Assembly: GCA_963708025.1 (NCBI GenBank)
Contig: CAVPSB010000012.1
Span: forward strand, 192,001 to 256,000
Source: an uncultured Candidatus Rokubacteria bacterium
GTDB lineage: Bacteria > Methylomirabilota > Methylomirabilia > Rokubacteriales > DASRDR01
Length of the DNA stretch: 64,000 nt
Direction: 5' to 3'
Shown here in pieces: positions 42,880-51,473 of this stretch; position 1 is the stretch's first letter, and each line of letters starts with the position of its first letter. Below the pieces are notes generated by a model. That model searched no databases and had not been told where the DNA came from. It saw only the letters and a program-made list of their open reading frames with translations. The position numbers and the translations under genes were made by a program.

Positions 42880-43026
42880 ACCTCCGGGCAGACCGGCACC
42901 GGGTGAAGTAGCGGCCAAGCGTCCTGGTGGTGTAGGCGTCACACCCGTGGCCGCCGACAGCCGGTGGCGGTCGTTTGAGAGCTCGTCGCAGCATGGTCGT
43001 GTCGCGTGCCGTGCGACCGAAGCCTT

Positions 43027-43110
43027 GGAGAAACCTCCGAGCGGCGGCTTCGCCGCCGCAACCGAGGGGGGGCATCGGGGGGGTCTTCCGAGACCCCCCC
43101 GAGGTATCTA
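43027..43110. repeat. REP-like double-hairpin element between convergent genes
   Basis: GCGGCGGCTTCGCCGCCGC hairpin and TCGGGGGGGTCT-TCCG-AGACCCCCCCGA hairpin; similar hairpin at ~11297-11321. Confidence 0.6.
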
Positions 43111-44250
43111 CGCGGTCAGCTCGGCGAGCGCGGCGGTGGCCTTGAGGCCGAAGCCGGAGAGGAGCAGCACCACGCGCTCCCGGCGATCGACGAGGCCCTC
43201 GGCCTCGAGGTGGGCGAGGGCCGGCCACACCACCGCCGAGGTCGGCTCCACGCAGAACCCGGCCCGGCCGAGCGCGCGCACCCCCTCGCGGATCTCGTCC
43301 TCGCTGACCGCGGCCACGCCGCCCCCGCTCTCGCGCAGGGCCTGGAGCACGCGGGCCCCGCGGACGGGTCGGGGGAGGGCGATCCCCTCGGCCAGCGTCG
43401 GCGGCGGGGCCTCGGCGGGCGCGACCTCCGCCGCCTGCTCGCGGAAGGCCCGGTAGACCGGGTTGACGTTCGCCGCCTGGGCGGCGAACAGCCGGGGCAG
43501 CCGGGGGATCAGCTTCGCCTCCACCAGCTCGGCGAACCCGCGGTAGAGCCCGAGGAGGATGCTCCCCGCGCCCACCGGACAGACTACCGCATCCGGCCCG
43601 CGCCAGCCGTCCTGCTCGCAGAGCTCGTAGGCTACCGTCTTGATCCCCTCCACGAAGTACGGGTGCCAGAGGTGGGAGGCGTAGAACTCACCGGTCTCGG
43701 CCACGTGGCGGAGGAGCGCCTCGGTCGCCTGCGGGCGCGGCCCCTCGACCAGGCGGAGGGCGGCGCCGTAGCACCGGATCTGGGCCAGCTTGCCCGGTGA
43801 GGCGGCGGCGGGACAGAAGACCGTGAGCGCGATGCCGGCGCGCGCCGCGTAGGCGGCCAGCGAGGCGGCGGCGTTGCCCGAGGAGTCCTCGACGGCCCGG
43901 GTGATCCCGATCGAGGCGAGGTGGCTCATGAGGAGCGCCGACCCCCGGTCCTTGTAGGAGCCGGTGGGAAGCAGGAAGTCGCACTTGAGCCCGACCGGGC
44001 GCCCGTGGCGCTCGACGGGGACGAGGGGAGTCATCGGCTCGCCGAGCGAGACGCGCCGGGCGAGGGGCGGCAGCGCCTCGGCGTAGCGCCAGAGGTCGGG
44101 CGGCCGCGACCGGACGGCGTCGGGGACGACGCGGCCCGGCGCCCACACCAGGTCCAGCGCGCCGCCGCACGCGCAGCGCCACACGTGGGTGTCCAGCGGG
44201 TACTCGACCCCGCAGCGCTCACAGGACATCGTCGCCTCGCCGTCCGTCAT
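43108..44250 (-). CDS. Threonine synthase-like fold-type II PLP enzyme
   Basis: N-terminal CxxC..CxC, SLGEPMTP, PTGSYKDRG, DSSGNAA, PVGAG, VEPTSA. Confidence 0.85.
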   Translation of the reverse strand: MTDGEATMSCERCGVEYPLDTHVWRCACGGALDLVWAPGRVVPDAVRSRPPDLWRYAEALPPLARRVSLGEPMTPLVPVERHGRPVGLKCDFLLPTGSYKDRGSALLMSHLASIGITRAVEDSSGNAAASLAAYAARAGIALTVFCPAAASPGKLAQIRCYGAALRLVEGPRPQATEALLRHVAETGEFYASHLWHPYFVEGIKTVAYELCEQDGWRGPDAVVCPVGAGSILLGLYRGFAELVEAKLIPRLPRLFAAQAANVNPVYRAFREQAAEVAPAEAPPPTLAEGIALPRPVRGARVLQALRESGGGVAAVSEDEIREGVRALGRAGFCVEPTSAVVWPALAHLEAEGLVDRRERVVLLLSGFGLKATAALAELTA

Positions 44251-44390
44251 CGGGCCTCCCTGTCTGATCGGGGCCTCCCGCCCACCCCCCCAACCCCCCT
44301 CCCCCACCCACTGGGGGGAGGGGGGAGTCCGAGGTCCCGATTGTTTCACACCCTCTCAGTTCCGACCGACCCAGGCGGGACGGCCAGCGA

Positions 44391-44418
44391 TTGACACGTC
44401 GGCGGCCTGGGGTATCCT
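44391..44418 (+). promoter_or_regulatory. sigma70-like promoter
   Basis: TTGACA-16 nt-TATCCT upstream of ATG 44434. Confidence 0.5.
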
Positions 44419-44433
44419 GCCAAAGTCCCGTCC

Positions 44434-45732
44434 ATGCGGAGGCTCTTCCCCTTCGTCGCCCTCGGCTGTGGGCTCCTCGCGGCACTCGCGGCCGGCGAGG
44501 CGCTGACCCGCCTCGCCGGGTGGCTCAGCCCCCAGGTGCAGTACCTGGCCACTGCGGGGAGCGAGCGGCCCACCCGCTCCTTCGACACCCTGGAGGCGTA
44601 CCTGGCCTCGCAGGCCGCCCAGGTCGTCCCCCACCGGGACTGGCTCAACTACTGGACCAACGCCCTGGGGTTCAACGACGAGGAGTTCACGGTCCCGAAA
44701 CCGGTCGGGCGCTTCCGCATCATGGCCCTCGGCGACTCGTTCACGTACGGCCTCCTGCCTTACCCGTACACCGTCATGACGCTCCTAGAGTCCTTCCTGC
44801 GCACCGCCTGCCCGGGCAAGGACCTCGATCTCCTCAACTTCGGGATCGGTGGTGCGGGGGTCCAGGACTACCGGACCATCGTGACGCTCGCGTTCGCCAC
44901 CTACGAGCCTGACCTCGTCCTGGTCAACTTCTACGCCGGGAACGACGGACCGGACCTGTACCGGCTCGTCCACGAGCGGGGGTCATCGCTGAGGTCGCTC
45001 GTCGATCACTCGCGCCTGTGGACCCTCGGCCGCAACGTCGTCAAGCTCCGGAAGAGCCTCCGCGCCTCGGGCGCGGACAGGACCAGGTCGCCACGCCCCG
45101 ATCCGGGCGGCCCGCCCCCCCGAGGCGGCGCCGTCGTCGATCCGGGGCGTCGGATCAGCGAGGATGACCCGACCCTGGCCGCGCCAACCCCGAAGGCGAA
45201 CGCCTTCGATTCGATCATGGCGATCGAGCTGCGGCGGCTGTACGTTCCCCCCGATGCGGCCGTCGTGGACGAAGCCTGGCGTCCCGTGCTCGCCGCGCTC
45301 GACGCCATTCGCGAGCGGGTCGCCCAGGACAGAAGCCGTCTGGCCATCGTCCTCTACCCCTCGGCCCTCCAGGTGTACCCGGCGATGCGAGAGGACCTCG
45401 CGCCGCGGCTGCGCCGCCGGCCGCGCTATGCGCCGCTGTCGCTCGACGCCATCGACCCCCGGCTTCCCAACAAGCGCCTCGCCGACTATTGCCGGACCGC
45501 GGGTCTCCCGTGCTTCGACCTGACCCCCGTGCTCGTCGAGGCCAGCCGCGTCTCGAGCGAGGCGCTCTATCGGTATCGGGACACCCACTGGACGTTCCGG
45601 GGCAACCGGATCGCCGCCGAAGCGGAAGCCGCCCGGCTCGTCGAGCTGGTCTGCCCCGCGGGGCCCGGCGCGCGCCCGCGTCAGTCACTCACGACGACCC
45701 CGGGCCGCCAGGGGCGGCCCCCTGGCGCCTGA
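44434..45732 (+). CDS. SGNH/GDSL hydrolase (AlgJ/AlgX-like), N-terminally anchored
   Basis: LGDSFTYG, NFGIGG, GND, DTHW motifs. Confidence 0.85.
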   Translation: MRRLFPFVALGCGLLAALAAGEALTRLAGWLSPQVQYLATAGSERPTRSFDTLEAYLASQAAQVVPHRDWLNYWTNALGFNDEEFTVPKPVGRFRIMALGDSFTYGLLPYPYTVMTLLESFLRTACPGKDLDLLNFGIGGAGVQDYRTIVTLAFATYEPDLVLVNFYAGNDGPDLYRLVHERGSSLRSLVDHSRLWTLGRNVVKLRKSLRASGADRTRSPRPDPGGPPPRGGAVVDPGRRISEDDPTLAAPTPKANAFDSIMAIELRRLYVPPDAAVVDEAWRPVLAALDAIRERVAQDRSRLAIVLYPSALQVYPAMREDLAPRLRRRPRYAPLSLDAIDPRLPNKRLADYCRTAGLPCFDLTPVLVEASRVSSEALYRYRDTHWTFRGNRIAAEAEAARLVELVCPAGPGARPRQSLTTTPGRQGRPPGA

Positions 45733-45799
45733 TTCCCCGCCGAGTGCCGCCGGCCGATTCTCCACGTCGAGCCGGGAGGTGCCCGCCACCGGTGGGGCG

Positions 45800-46546
45800 T
45801 CAGGGCGTTCGCTCGCCGGCCCCCCCCGCCTTCTCGTCGATGGCGTCGAGCCGCTCGAACATGTTCTGCACGAACGGCGAGACGCGGAACAGCCACACCA
45901 GCCCGTCGTTGAGCGCCTTGAGCGGCCCCGTGAGCTCGCGCTTGAAGTTGACGAAGAGGACGGCCCGCGTCTCGCGCGAGTCGTTCCACGCGCTGTGGGC
46001 GAAGGTGTCGTCGAAGACGAGGCTCCGGCTCATCTCCCAGTGCCGGGTCTCGCCGCCGACGGTGATGCCGCACTGCTGCGGCTCCTTCGGCACCTTGAGC
46101 CCGAGATGGTAGCGGAGCACGCCCTTGTACGGCCCGCGGTGCTCCGTGAGCCGCGCGCCGGGCTCGAGAATCGAGAAGAAAGCCGACGTCATGCCGGGAA
46201 TGGCCCGCAGCGCCTCGGTCGTCTCCGGGCAGCGGCGGGTGTTCTTCTCGTACGGCTGGCCGTAGAGGAAGAAGACGAAGGCCTTCCACGGCGCGCCCTC
46301 GGTGATGCGCCCTTGCTCGATCGACAGCTCGCGGAACTCGGGCACGGGCCCCTGCAGCACCGCGAGGAGCTCTCGCCGAATCTCCGGGGTGCGGGCCTCG
46401 ATCACCTTCGTCCACGCGAAGTCGCCGGGGTCGAACCATGGCTGGTTGGGCGAGGAGCGGGCGATCGCCCACTCGAGCTGGTCTCGCACGAAGAGGCCCG
46501 CGCCCGAGACGAGGCGGTACGGAAGGCTGTCCTGACGCGCGCGCAT
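45800..46546 (-). CDS. Aspartyl/asparaginyl beta-hydroxylase family (LpxO-like) dioxygenase
   Basis: AFFSILEPG..HRGPYKGVLRYHLGL, FDDTFAHSAWN, RAVLF. Confidence 0.88.
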   Translation of the reverse strand: MRARQDSLPYRLVSGAGLFVRDQLEWAIARSSPNQPWFDPGDFAWTKVIEARTPEIRRELLAVLQGPVPEFRELSIEQGRITEGAPWKAFVFFLYGQPYEKNTRRCPETTEALRAIPGMTSAFFSILEPGARLTEHRGPYKGVLRYHLGLKVPKEPQQCGITVGGETRHWEMSRSLVFDDTFAHSAWNDSRETRAVLFVNFKRELTGPLKALNDGLVWLFRVSPFVQNMFERLDAIDEKAGGAGERTP

Positions 46547-46807
46547 GGTCTGTCCCTCTCTCCCTCCGACACCCGTTTGCGGTTGACGTGCCCGCCTCGC
46601 CGGCAGCATAACCCCGACCGAGAGCCGGGGCCAGGGGGGGACGGGTGGGGGGGTCGCCCCCCCACCGCCTGCCCGGCCCCTGGCGGCTCGCGCCCGGGCT
46701 GGGCTATGCTGGCGCCGCCGGGGTGGCGAGCCTCCGGCGATCGATCGGCCTCGTGCACGGAGGCCTTTCAACGAGGCGGCGGACCCGGCCGAAGGAGCGG
46801 AGGTCGC

Positions 46808-47782
46808 ATGACGGACCCGATGCAGTCCGAGCCCGGGGCGATCTCACCCCGCCGCCGGGAACGCCAGTGCGGGGTCGTCATCCCCGTCTACAACAGCGAG
46901 GCCAGCCTGCCGACCCTGGTCGACGGCCTGGCCGAGGTCCTGCCGGCGACCGCCACCCGCTTCGAGGTCGTGCTGGTGAACGACGGCAGCCGCGACGGGT
47001 CCTGGGAGGCGGTGTGCCAGGCGGCGCGGAAGCATCCCTGGGTCCGCGGCATCAACCTGATGCGCAACTACGGCCAGCACAGCGCGCTCCTGGCCGGGAT
47101 CCGCGCGGTACGCTGCGACGTCACCGTGACCATGGACGACGACCTCCAGCATCCACCCGATCAGATCCCGCGCCTCCTCGACACGCTGGATGCCGGGTTC
47201 GATCTCGTCTACGGGACGCCCACGCTGGCGCAGCAGGGCTTCTGGCGGAACCTCGCCTCTCGGCTCGCCAAGGCGGGCCTGCACCGGGTGCTCGGGGTGG
47301 CCATCGCCTCGCGGGCCAGCGCGTTCCGGGCGTTCCGGACGTCGCTCCGCGATGGGTTCGCGCAGCACGAGGGCCCGGTGGTGGCCATCGACGCCCTCCT
47401 GGCGTGGACGACGACCCGGGTCACCTCGGTGCCCGTGCGGCACGAGCCGCGGCGGCACGGCCGGTCACACTACAGCTGGCTCAAGCTCGTCCGCCTCGCG
47501 ATCGACGCGACGACCACCTTCCGGACGTGGCCGCTCCGTGTCGCGAGCCTGATCGGATTCGGCGTGATGCTCCTGGGGCTTGGCGCGCTCGCCTTCGTGC
47601 TGGGCGCGTATCTGGTGAGCGGGACGCCGTTGTCGGTCTTCCGTTTCACGGCGTCGATCTTCGCGATCTTCTCGGGCGCGCAGCTGTTCGCGCTGGGCAT
47701 CATGGGCGAGTACGTTGCCCGCATCCATCACCGCGTGATGCGGGAGCCCACCTACGTGGAGCGGGAGCGTGTCGGCGACTAG
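46808..47782 (+). CDS. ArnC/GtrB-like polyprenyl-phosphate glycosyltransferase (GT2)
   Basis: IPVYN, VNDGSRD, RNYGQHSA, MDDDLQHPP, two C-terminal TMs, GIMGEYVARI. Confidence 0.9.
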   Translation: MTDPMQSEPGAISPRRRERQCGVVIPVYNSEASLPTLVDGLAEVLPATATRFEVVLVNDGSRDGSWEAVCQAARKHPWVRGINLMRNYGQHSALLAGIRAVRCDVTVTMDDDLQHPPDQIPRLLDTLDAGFDLVYGTPTLAQQGFWRNLASRLAKAGLHRVLGVAIASRASAFRAFRTSLRDGFAQHEGPVVAIDALLAWTTTRVTSVPVRHEPRRHGRSHYSWLKLVRLAIDATTTFRTWPLRVASLIGFGVMLLGLGALAFVLGAYLVSGTPLSVFRFTASIFAIFSGAQLFALGIMGEYVARIHHRVMREPTYVERERVGD

Positions 47783-47871
47783 TGCCGTTCCAACCACATG
47801 AGGCAAGATGGGGCAAGCGACTCTTGAAGCACGGACTTGCGGCATTCCGGAACAAGTTGGAACGGCACTAG
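47779..47871. mobile_element. 93-bp MITE-like element
   Basis: Perfect 16-bp inverted repeat CTAGTGCCGTTCCAAC / GTTGGAACGGCACTAG. Confidence 0.8.
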
Positions 47872-47893
47872 GCCGACGGTGCGGCCGGTGACG

Positions 47894-48712
47894 ATGCCCG
47901 AGGCGACGTCTCGACCCCTGCAGGACGACTGTCCGGGGTGGGGACGCGTCGCCATCATTCCCTGGGACACCGACATCTTCGGATTCCCGGTGGCCGCCTA
48001 CGAGCCGGGGGAGCCCGGGGTCGTGGGCGCCGGCCTGGAGGCGTTTCGACGACGCTTCCGGGAATGGGCGGCGGCTCACGAGGTCGAGCTGGTCTCCTGC
48101 ACCGTGGAAGCTGGCGATCGCGCATGGCGGACACTCCTGCCCGGGCTGGGGTTCGTGTGGGTCGAGCAGACCCTGAGGCTCCGGTGTCGCCTCCAGTCCT
48201 TCGATGCCCCGCCACCGTCGCGCCCGGTGCGGCTCGCCACCCCCGACGATCGGCCGCAAGTCGAGGAGATCGCCGGCCACGCGTTTCGTCACGGTCGCTA
48301 TCATGCCGACCCGCGGTTCCCGTCCGATCTGGCCGACCGTCGCTATCGCCAGTGGGTTCGGCGTGCCTCGACGGATCCCGCGGGCCGCGTGTACGTCGTC
48401 GGCCCTCCGGGTAGCGTCAGGGGGTTCTTCCAGGTGATCGTGAAAGGCACCCGTGCCGAGGTTGGCATCATGGCCGTGGACGAGACGGCTCAGGGGACGA
48501 CCGCCTCGTCGGAGCTCATGACCGGCATGCACCTCGACTTGAAGGCCGGACGGGGTCCGCTGGATCAAGGCCAAGGTCTCGACGACCAACGTCCGCGTCA
48601 TGAATCTCGGGATCGATTTCGGCTACCGCTTCCGGGACCCCGAAGTGACCTTTCACTGGCACTCCCCGGATGCGCGACATCTGCGGTTCGCGAGGGGAGG
48701 AGTCGTGGGTGA
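47894..48712 (+). CDS. WecD/RffC-like GNAT acetyltransferase, frameshift near 48550
   Basis: PWDTDIFG, GRYHADPRFP..ADRRY..W; context next to wecE. Confidence 0.7.
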   Translation: MPEATSRPLQDDCPGWGRVAIIPWDTDIFGFPVAAYEPGEPGVVGAGLEAFRRRFREWAAAHEVELVSCTVEAGDRAWRTLLPGLGFVWVEQTLRLRCRLQSFDAPPPSRPVRLATPDDRPQVEEIAGHAFRHGRYHADPRFPSDLADRRYRQWVRRASTDPAGRVYVVGPPGSVRGFFQVIVKGTRAEVGIMAVDETAQGTTASSELMTGMHLDLKAGRGPLDQGQGLDDQRPRHESRDRFRLPLPGPRSDLSLALPGCATSAVREGRSRG

Positions 48713-49889
48713 CAACGCCTCACGGCGGGGTCCCGAGCTGGCGGACGGAAGCGTGACCTACCGGATTCCCTTCAACCGCGCCACCCGAACCGGCCGGGAG
48801 CTCGAGTACATGGCCGACGCGCTCGACGCCGGGGTGATCTCGGGCGACGGAGTCTACACCCGGCGATGCAGCCGCCTCCTGGAAGAGCTGATGGGCGTCC
48901 CCCGCGTGCTCCTCACCACGTCCTGCACGACCGCCCTCGAGATGATCGCGCTCCTGCTGGGGATCGAGCCGGGCGACGAGGTCGTCATGCCGGCGTTCAC
49001 CTTCGTCTCGACGGCCAACGCCTTCGTCCTGCGGGGCGCCCGGCCGGTCTTCGTCGACATCCGGCCGGACACCTTGAATCTCGACGAAGCGCAGCTGGAG
49101 CGGCTCGTCACGCCGCGCACCAGGGCCATCGTGGTCGTCCACTACGCGGGCGTCGGGTGCGAGATGGACGAGATCCTGGCCATCGCGGGTCGGCACGGGA
49201 TCCCGGTGGTCGAGGACAACGCCCAGGGCCTGTTCGGAGCGTACCGCGCTCGGGCGCTGGGGACGTTCGGCTGTCTGGCGGCCCAGAGCTTCCACGAGAC
49301 CAAGAACGTCACCTGCGGGGAGGGGGGGGCCCTCGTCATCAACGATCCCCGCTACTTCGAGCGAGCGGAGATCATCCGGGAGAAGGGCACCAACCGGAGC
49401 CGCTTCTTCCGTGGCCTGGTCGACCGGTACACGTGGGTGGACGTGGGCTTCAGCGCCCTGCCCTCCGACCTGCTGGCGGCCTTCCTGTATGCCCAGCTCG
49501 AGGCCCGCGAGCAGATCCAGGCCAAGCGGCGACGCGTGTGGGAGTGCTACGACGAGTCACTGCGTCCGTGGGCCGCGCGGCACGATGTCCGGCTGCCGGT
49601 GGTGCCGGCGCACTGCGCGCAGCCGTACCATCTCTACTACCTGCTCATGGCCTCGCTCGAGCACCGGCAAGCCCTGATCGCGCGGCTCAAGGCGCAGGGC
49701 ATCCTCGCCGTCTTTCACTACCAGCCGCTGCACCTCTCCGAGATGGGGCAGCGGTTCGGCGGGAAGGCCGGCGACTGCCCGGTCACCGAGAGCGTCAGCG
49801 ATCGCCTCCTCCGTCTTCCGTTCTACGCGGATCTGACCGAGGCGGACCAGGCCCGCGTCGTCGACACCATTCGCGCGTTCGAGGGCTGA
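48705..49889 (+). CDS. wecE: dTDP-4-amino-4,6-dideoxygalactose transaminase
   Basis: IPFN, LTTSCTTALE, FTFVSTANAF, VEDNAQ, SFHETKN, EKGTNRSRFFRG; alternative start 48753. Confidence 0.9.
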   Translation: MGDNASRRGPELADGSVTYRIPFNRATRTGRELEYMADALDAGVISGDGVYTRRCSRLLEELMGVPRVLLTTSCTTALEMIALLLGIEPGDEVVMPAFTFVSTANAFVLRGARPVFVDIRPDTLNLDEAQLERLVTPRTRAIVVVHYAGVGCEMDEILAIAGRHGIPVVEDNAQGLFGAYRARALGTFGCLAAQSFHETKNVTCGEGGALVINDPRYFERAEIIREKGTNRSRFFRGLVDRYTWVDVGFSALPSDLLAAFLYAQLEAREQIQAKRRRVWECYDESLRPWAARHDVRLPVVPAHCAQPYHLYYLLMASLEHRQALIARLKAQGILAVFHYQPLHLSEMGQRFGGKAGDCPVTESVSDRLLRLPFYADLTEADQARVVDTIRAFEG

Positions 49890-49896
49890 CGCGCGG

Positions 49897-51312
49897 GTGC
49901 GCCCCCCGGGAGAATCGCCGATCCGGACGCGCCCCGCCGGGGCGAGCGTGGGCACGCTCCGGGCGTCGCTCGAGCCTCGGCTGCTCTGGCTGGCGGCGTA
50001 CGTGGCGGCGGTCGTGGCGCTCTACTGGCTGGTGGGCCAGCGCTATCGCGTCAAGCACATCGACGACGCCTGGACGCTGTCGCTGGCCTACAACTTCTTC
50101 TACAAGGGCATCACGCGGGATCTCGTCTTCGAGAACCCCTGGGGCGGCCTCGGCCTTTTCGGAAAGACGTATGCCTGGACCTACGGCGGGGTGCTGCATC
50201 TCGTCGGGTGGAGCCGGGAGAACGCCTACTACGTCTCCACCGTCCTGACGGTGCTCGCGATCGGGCTCTGGGGCTGGATCATCGCGCGGCTGCGTTTCGA
50301 GCCGGCCGTGACCGTGGCCGTGACCGCGCTCATGCTGGTGATGGATCCCTTCTTCAGCGTGGCCTCTCAGGCCCGGGTCGATGCCCTGGTCTTCCTGATC
50401 GCGTCGCTCTCATTCGCGCTGTTCGTGGCCGGGCGCTTCTTCGCGGCGGGGGCGGTGGCGATGATCGGGATGGAGACCCATCCGATGGGGCTGATGGCCT
50501 TCGTGTACATGGCGGCCTACGTGGCCGCCTGGCCGGAGCGCCTGGCCCCCTCGCGACGCCACCTCGCGGTCGCGGCGGTGTCGATGGGCCTGGGCCTGGC
50601 CGCCGGCCTCGGGTACTACCTGGTGCTCCACTGGCAAGGGCTGACCGGGGTGGGGCAGGTGCTCGCCCGGGCCACGACCACCGACGTCGACGTGAACAAC
50701 TACCTGCACAACTACTTCCTGCGAACCAAGTACTACCGGCACGTGCCGGAGCTGGTGCTGTTCATCGCGGCCCTGGTGGTGTACTGGCGCAAGGGCTGGT
50801 TCCGGGACAACCGCTTCGTCGGGCTCTTCGTCGTCATCGTCGTGCTGTCCAGCCTTCTCGTCCGCCGGCCCAATTTCCTGTACGCCGTCTACGCCTATCC
50901 CGCGTTCCTGCTCCTGGTCGTCTACGGGGCCCGTCGGCTCGGGGTGCTGCGCGCCCTGGTGGCGGCGACCGTCGGCTTCCTGCTGCTCCAGTACAGCTTC
51001 GTGGCGTATCGAAACCGGGAGTTCTCCTTTCCCACCCTCGTCCGGGAGCTCGGGGCGGCGGTTCCCGGTGACGGCCTGCCGGTCTTCGGCAGCCACAACG
51101 AGTGGTTCGCGCTCCAGGACCGGAGCTTCCTGCGCTTCGAGCTGATACCGCAGAAGAAGGACGTTCCGGCCTTCTACGTGATCGAGACCGACGAGGTCAG
51201 GGCGTCGCCGGTGGACGCCTATCTCCAGGCCGCGTGTGCGCTGACACCGATTCGCTCCTTCACCCACGCGGGAGAGCTCTACCAGATCGTGAAGTGCGAT
51301 CGGCGGGGGTAG
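49897..51312 (+). CDS. Polytopic membrane protein, probable GT-C (ArnT/PMT-like) glycosyltransferase
   Basis: DD motif after TM1 (HIDDAW), ARVD, many TM helices; context. Confidence 0.65.
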   Translation: MRPPGESPIRTRPAGASVGTLRASLEPRLLWLAAYVAAVVALYWLVGQRYRVKHIDDAWTLSLAYNFFYKGITRDLVFENPWGGLGLFGKTYAWTYGGVLHLVGWSRENAYYVSTVLTVLAIGLWGWIIARLRFEPAVTVAVTALMLVMDPFFSVASQARVDALVFLIASLSFALFVAGRFFAAGAVAMIGMETHPMGLMAFVYMAAYVAAWPERLAPSRRHLAVAAVSMGLGLAAGLGYYLVLHWQGLTGVGQVLARATTTDVDVNNYLHNYFLRTKYYRHVPELVLFIAALVVYWRKGWFRDNRFVGLFVVIVVLSSLLVRRPNFLYAVYAYPAFLLLVVYGARRLGVLRALVAATVGFLLLQYSFVAYRNREFSFPTLVRELGAAVPGDGLPVFGSHNEWFALQDRSFLRFELIPQKKDVPAFYVIETDEVRASPVDAYLQAACALTPIRSFTHAGELYQIVKCDRRG

Positions 51313-51372
51313 CGCCCGGGCTTCCCCGCCCTCGGTTTCGCCGTCGGCGCCTCCCCCACCGATGTGGCGCCC

Positions 51373-51402
51373 TTGAGCCGGCTTCGCCGTCCCCATTATA
51401 AT
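51373..51402 (+). promoter_or_regulatory. sigma70 promoter of the hydantoinase operon
   Basis: TTGAGC-18 nt-TATAAT. Confidence 0.55.
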
Positions 51403-51473
51403 GAAGCATTCCCGGCGCTGGGGCACCGCGGAACCGCCGCGCGCGCCCCCGGCGCCTCGAGAGGAGACCACCC

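Noticed and set aside
44270-44340. C-run/G-run hairpin as a G-quadruplex target of Pif1 (also 46630-46685)
   Set aside because: Explained as ordinary REP-like palindromes in a high-GC genome; no link to the helicase can be shown
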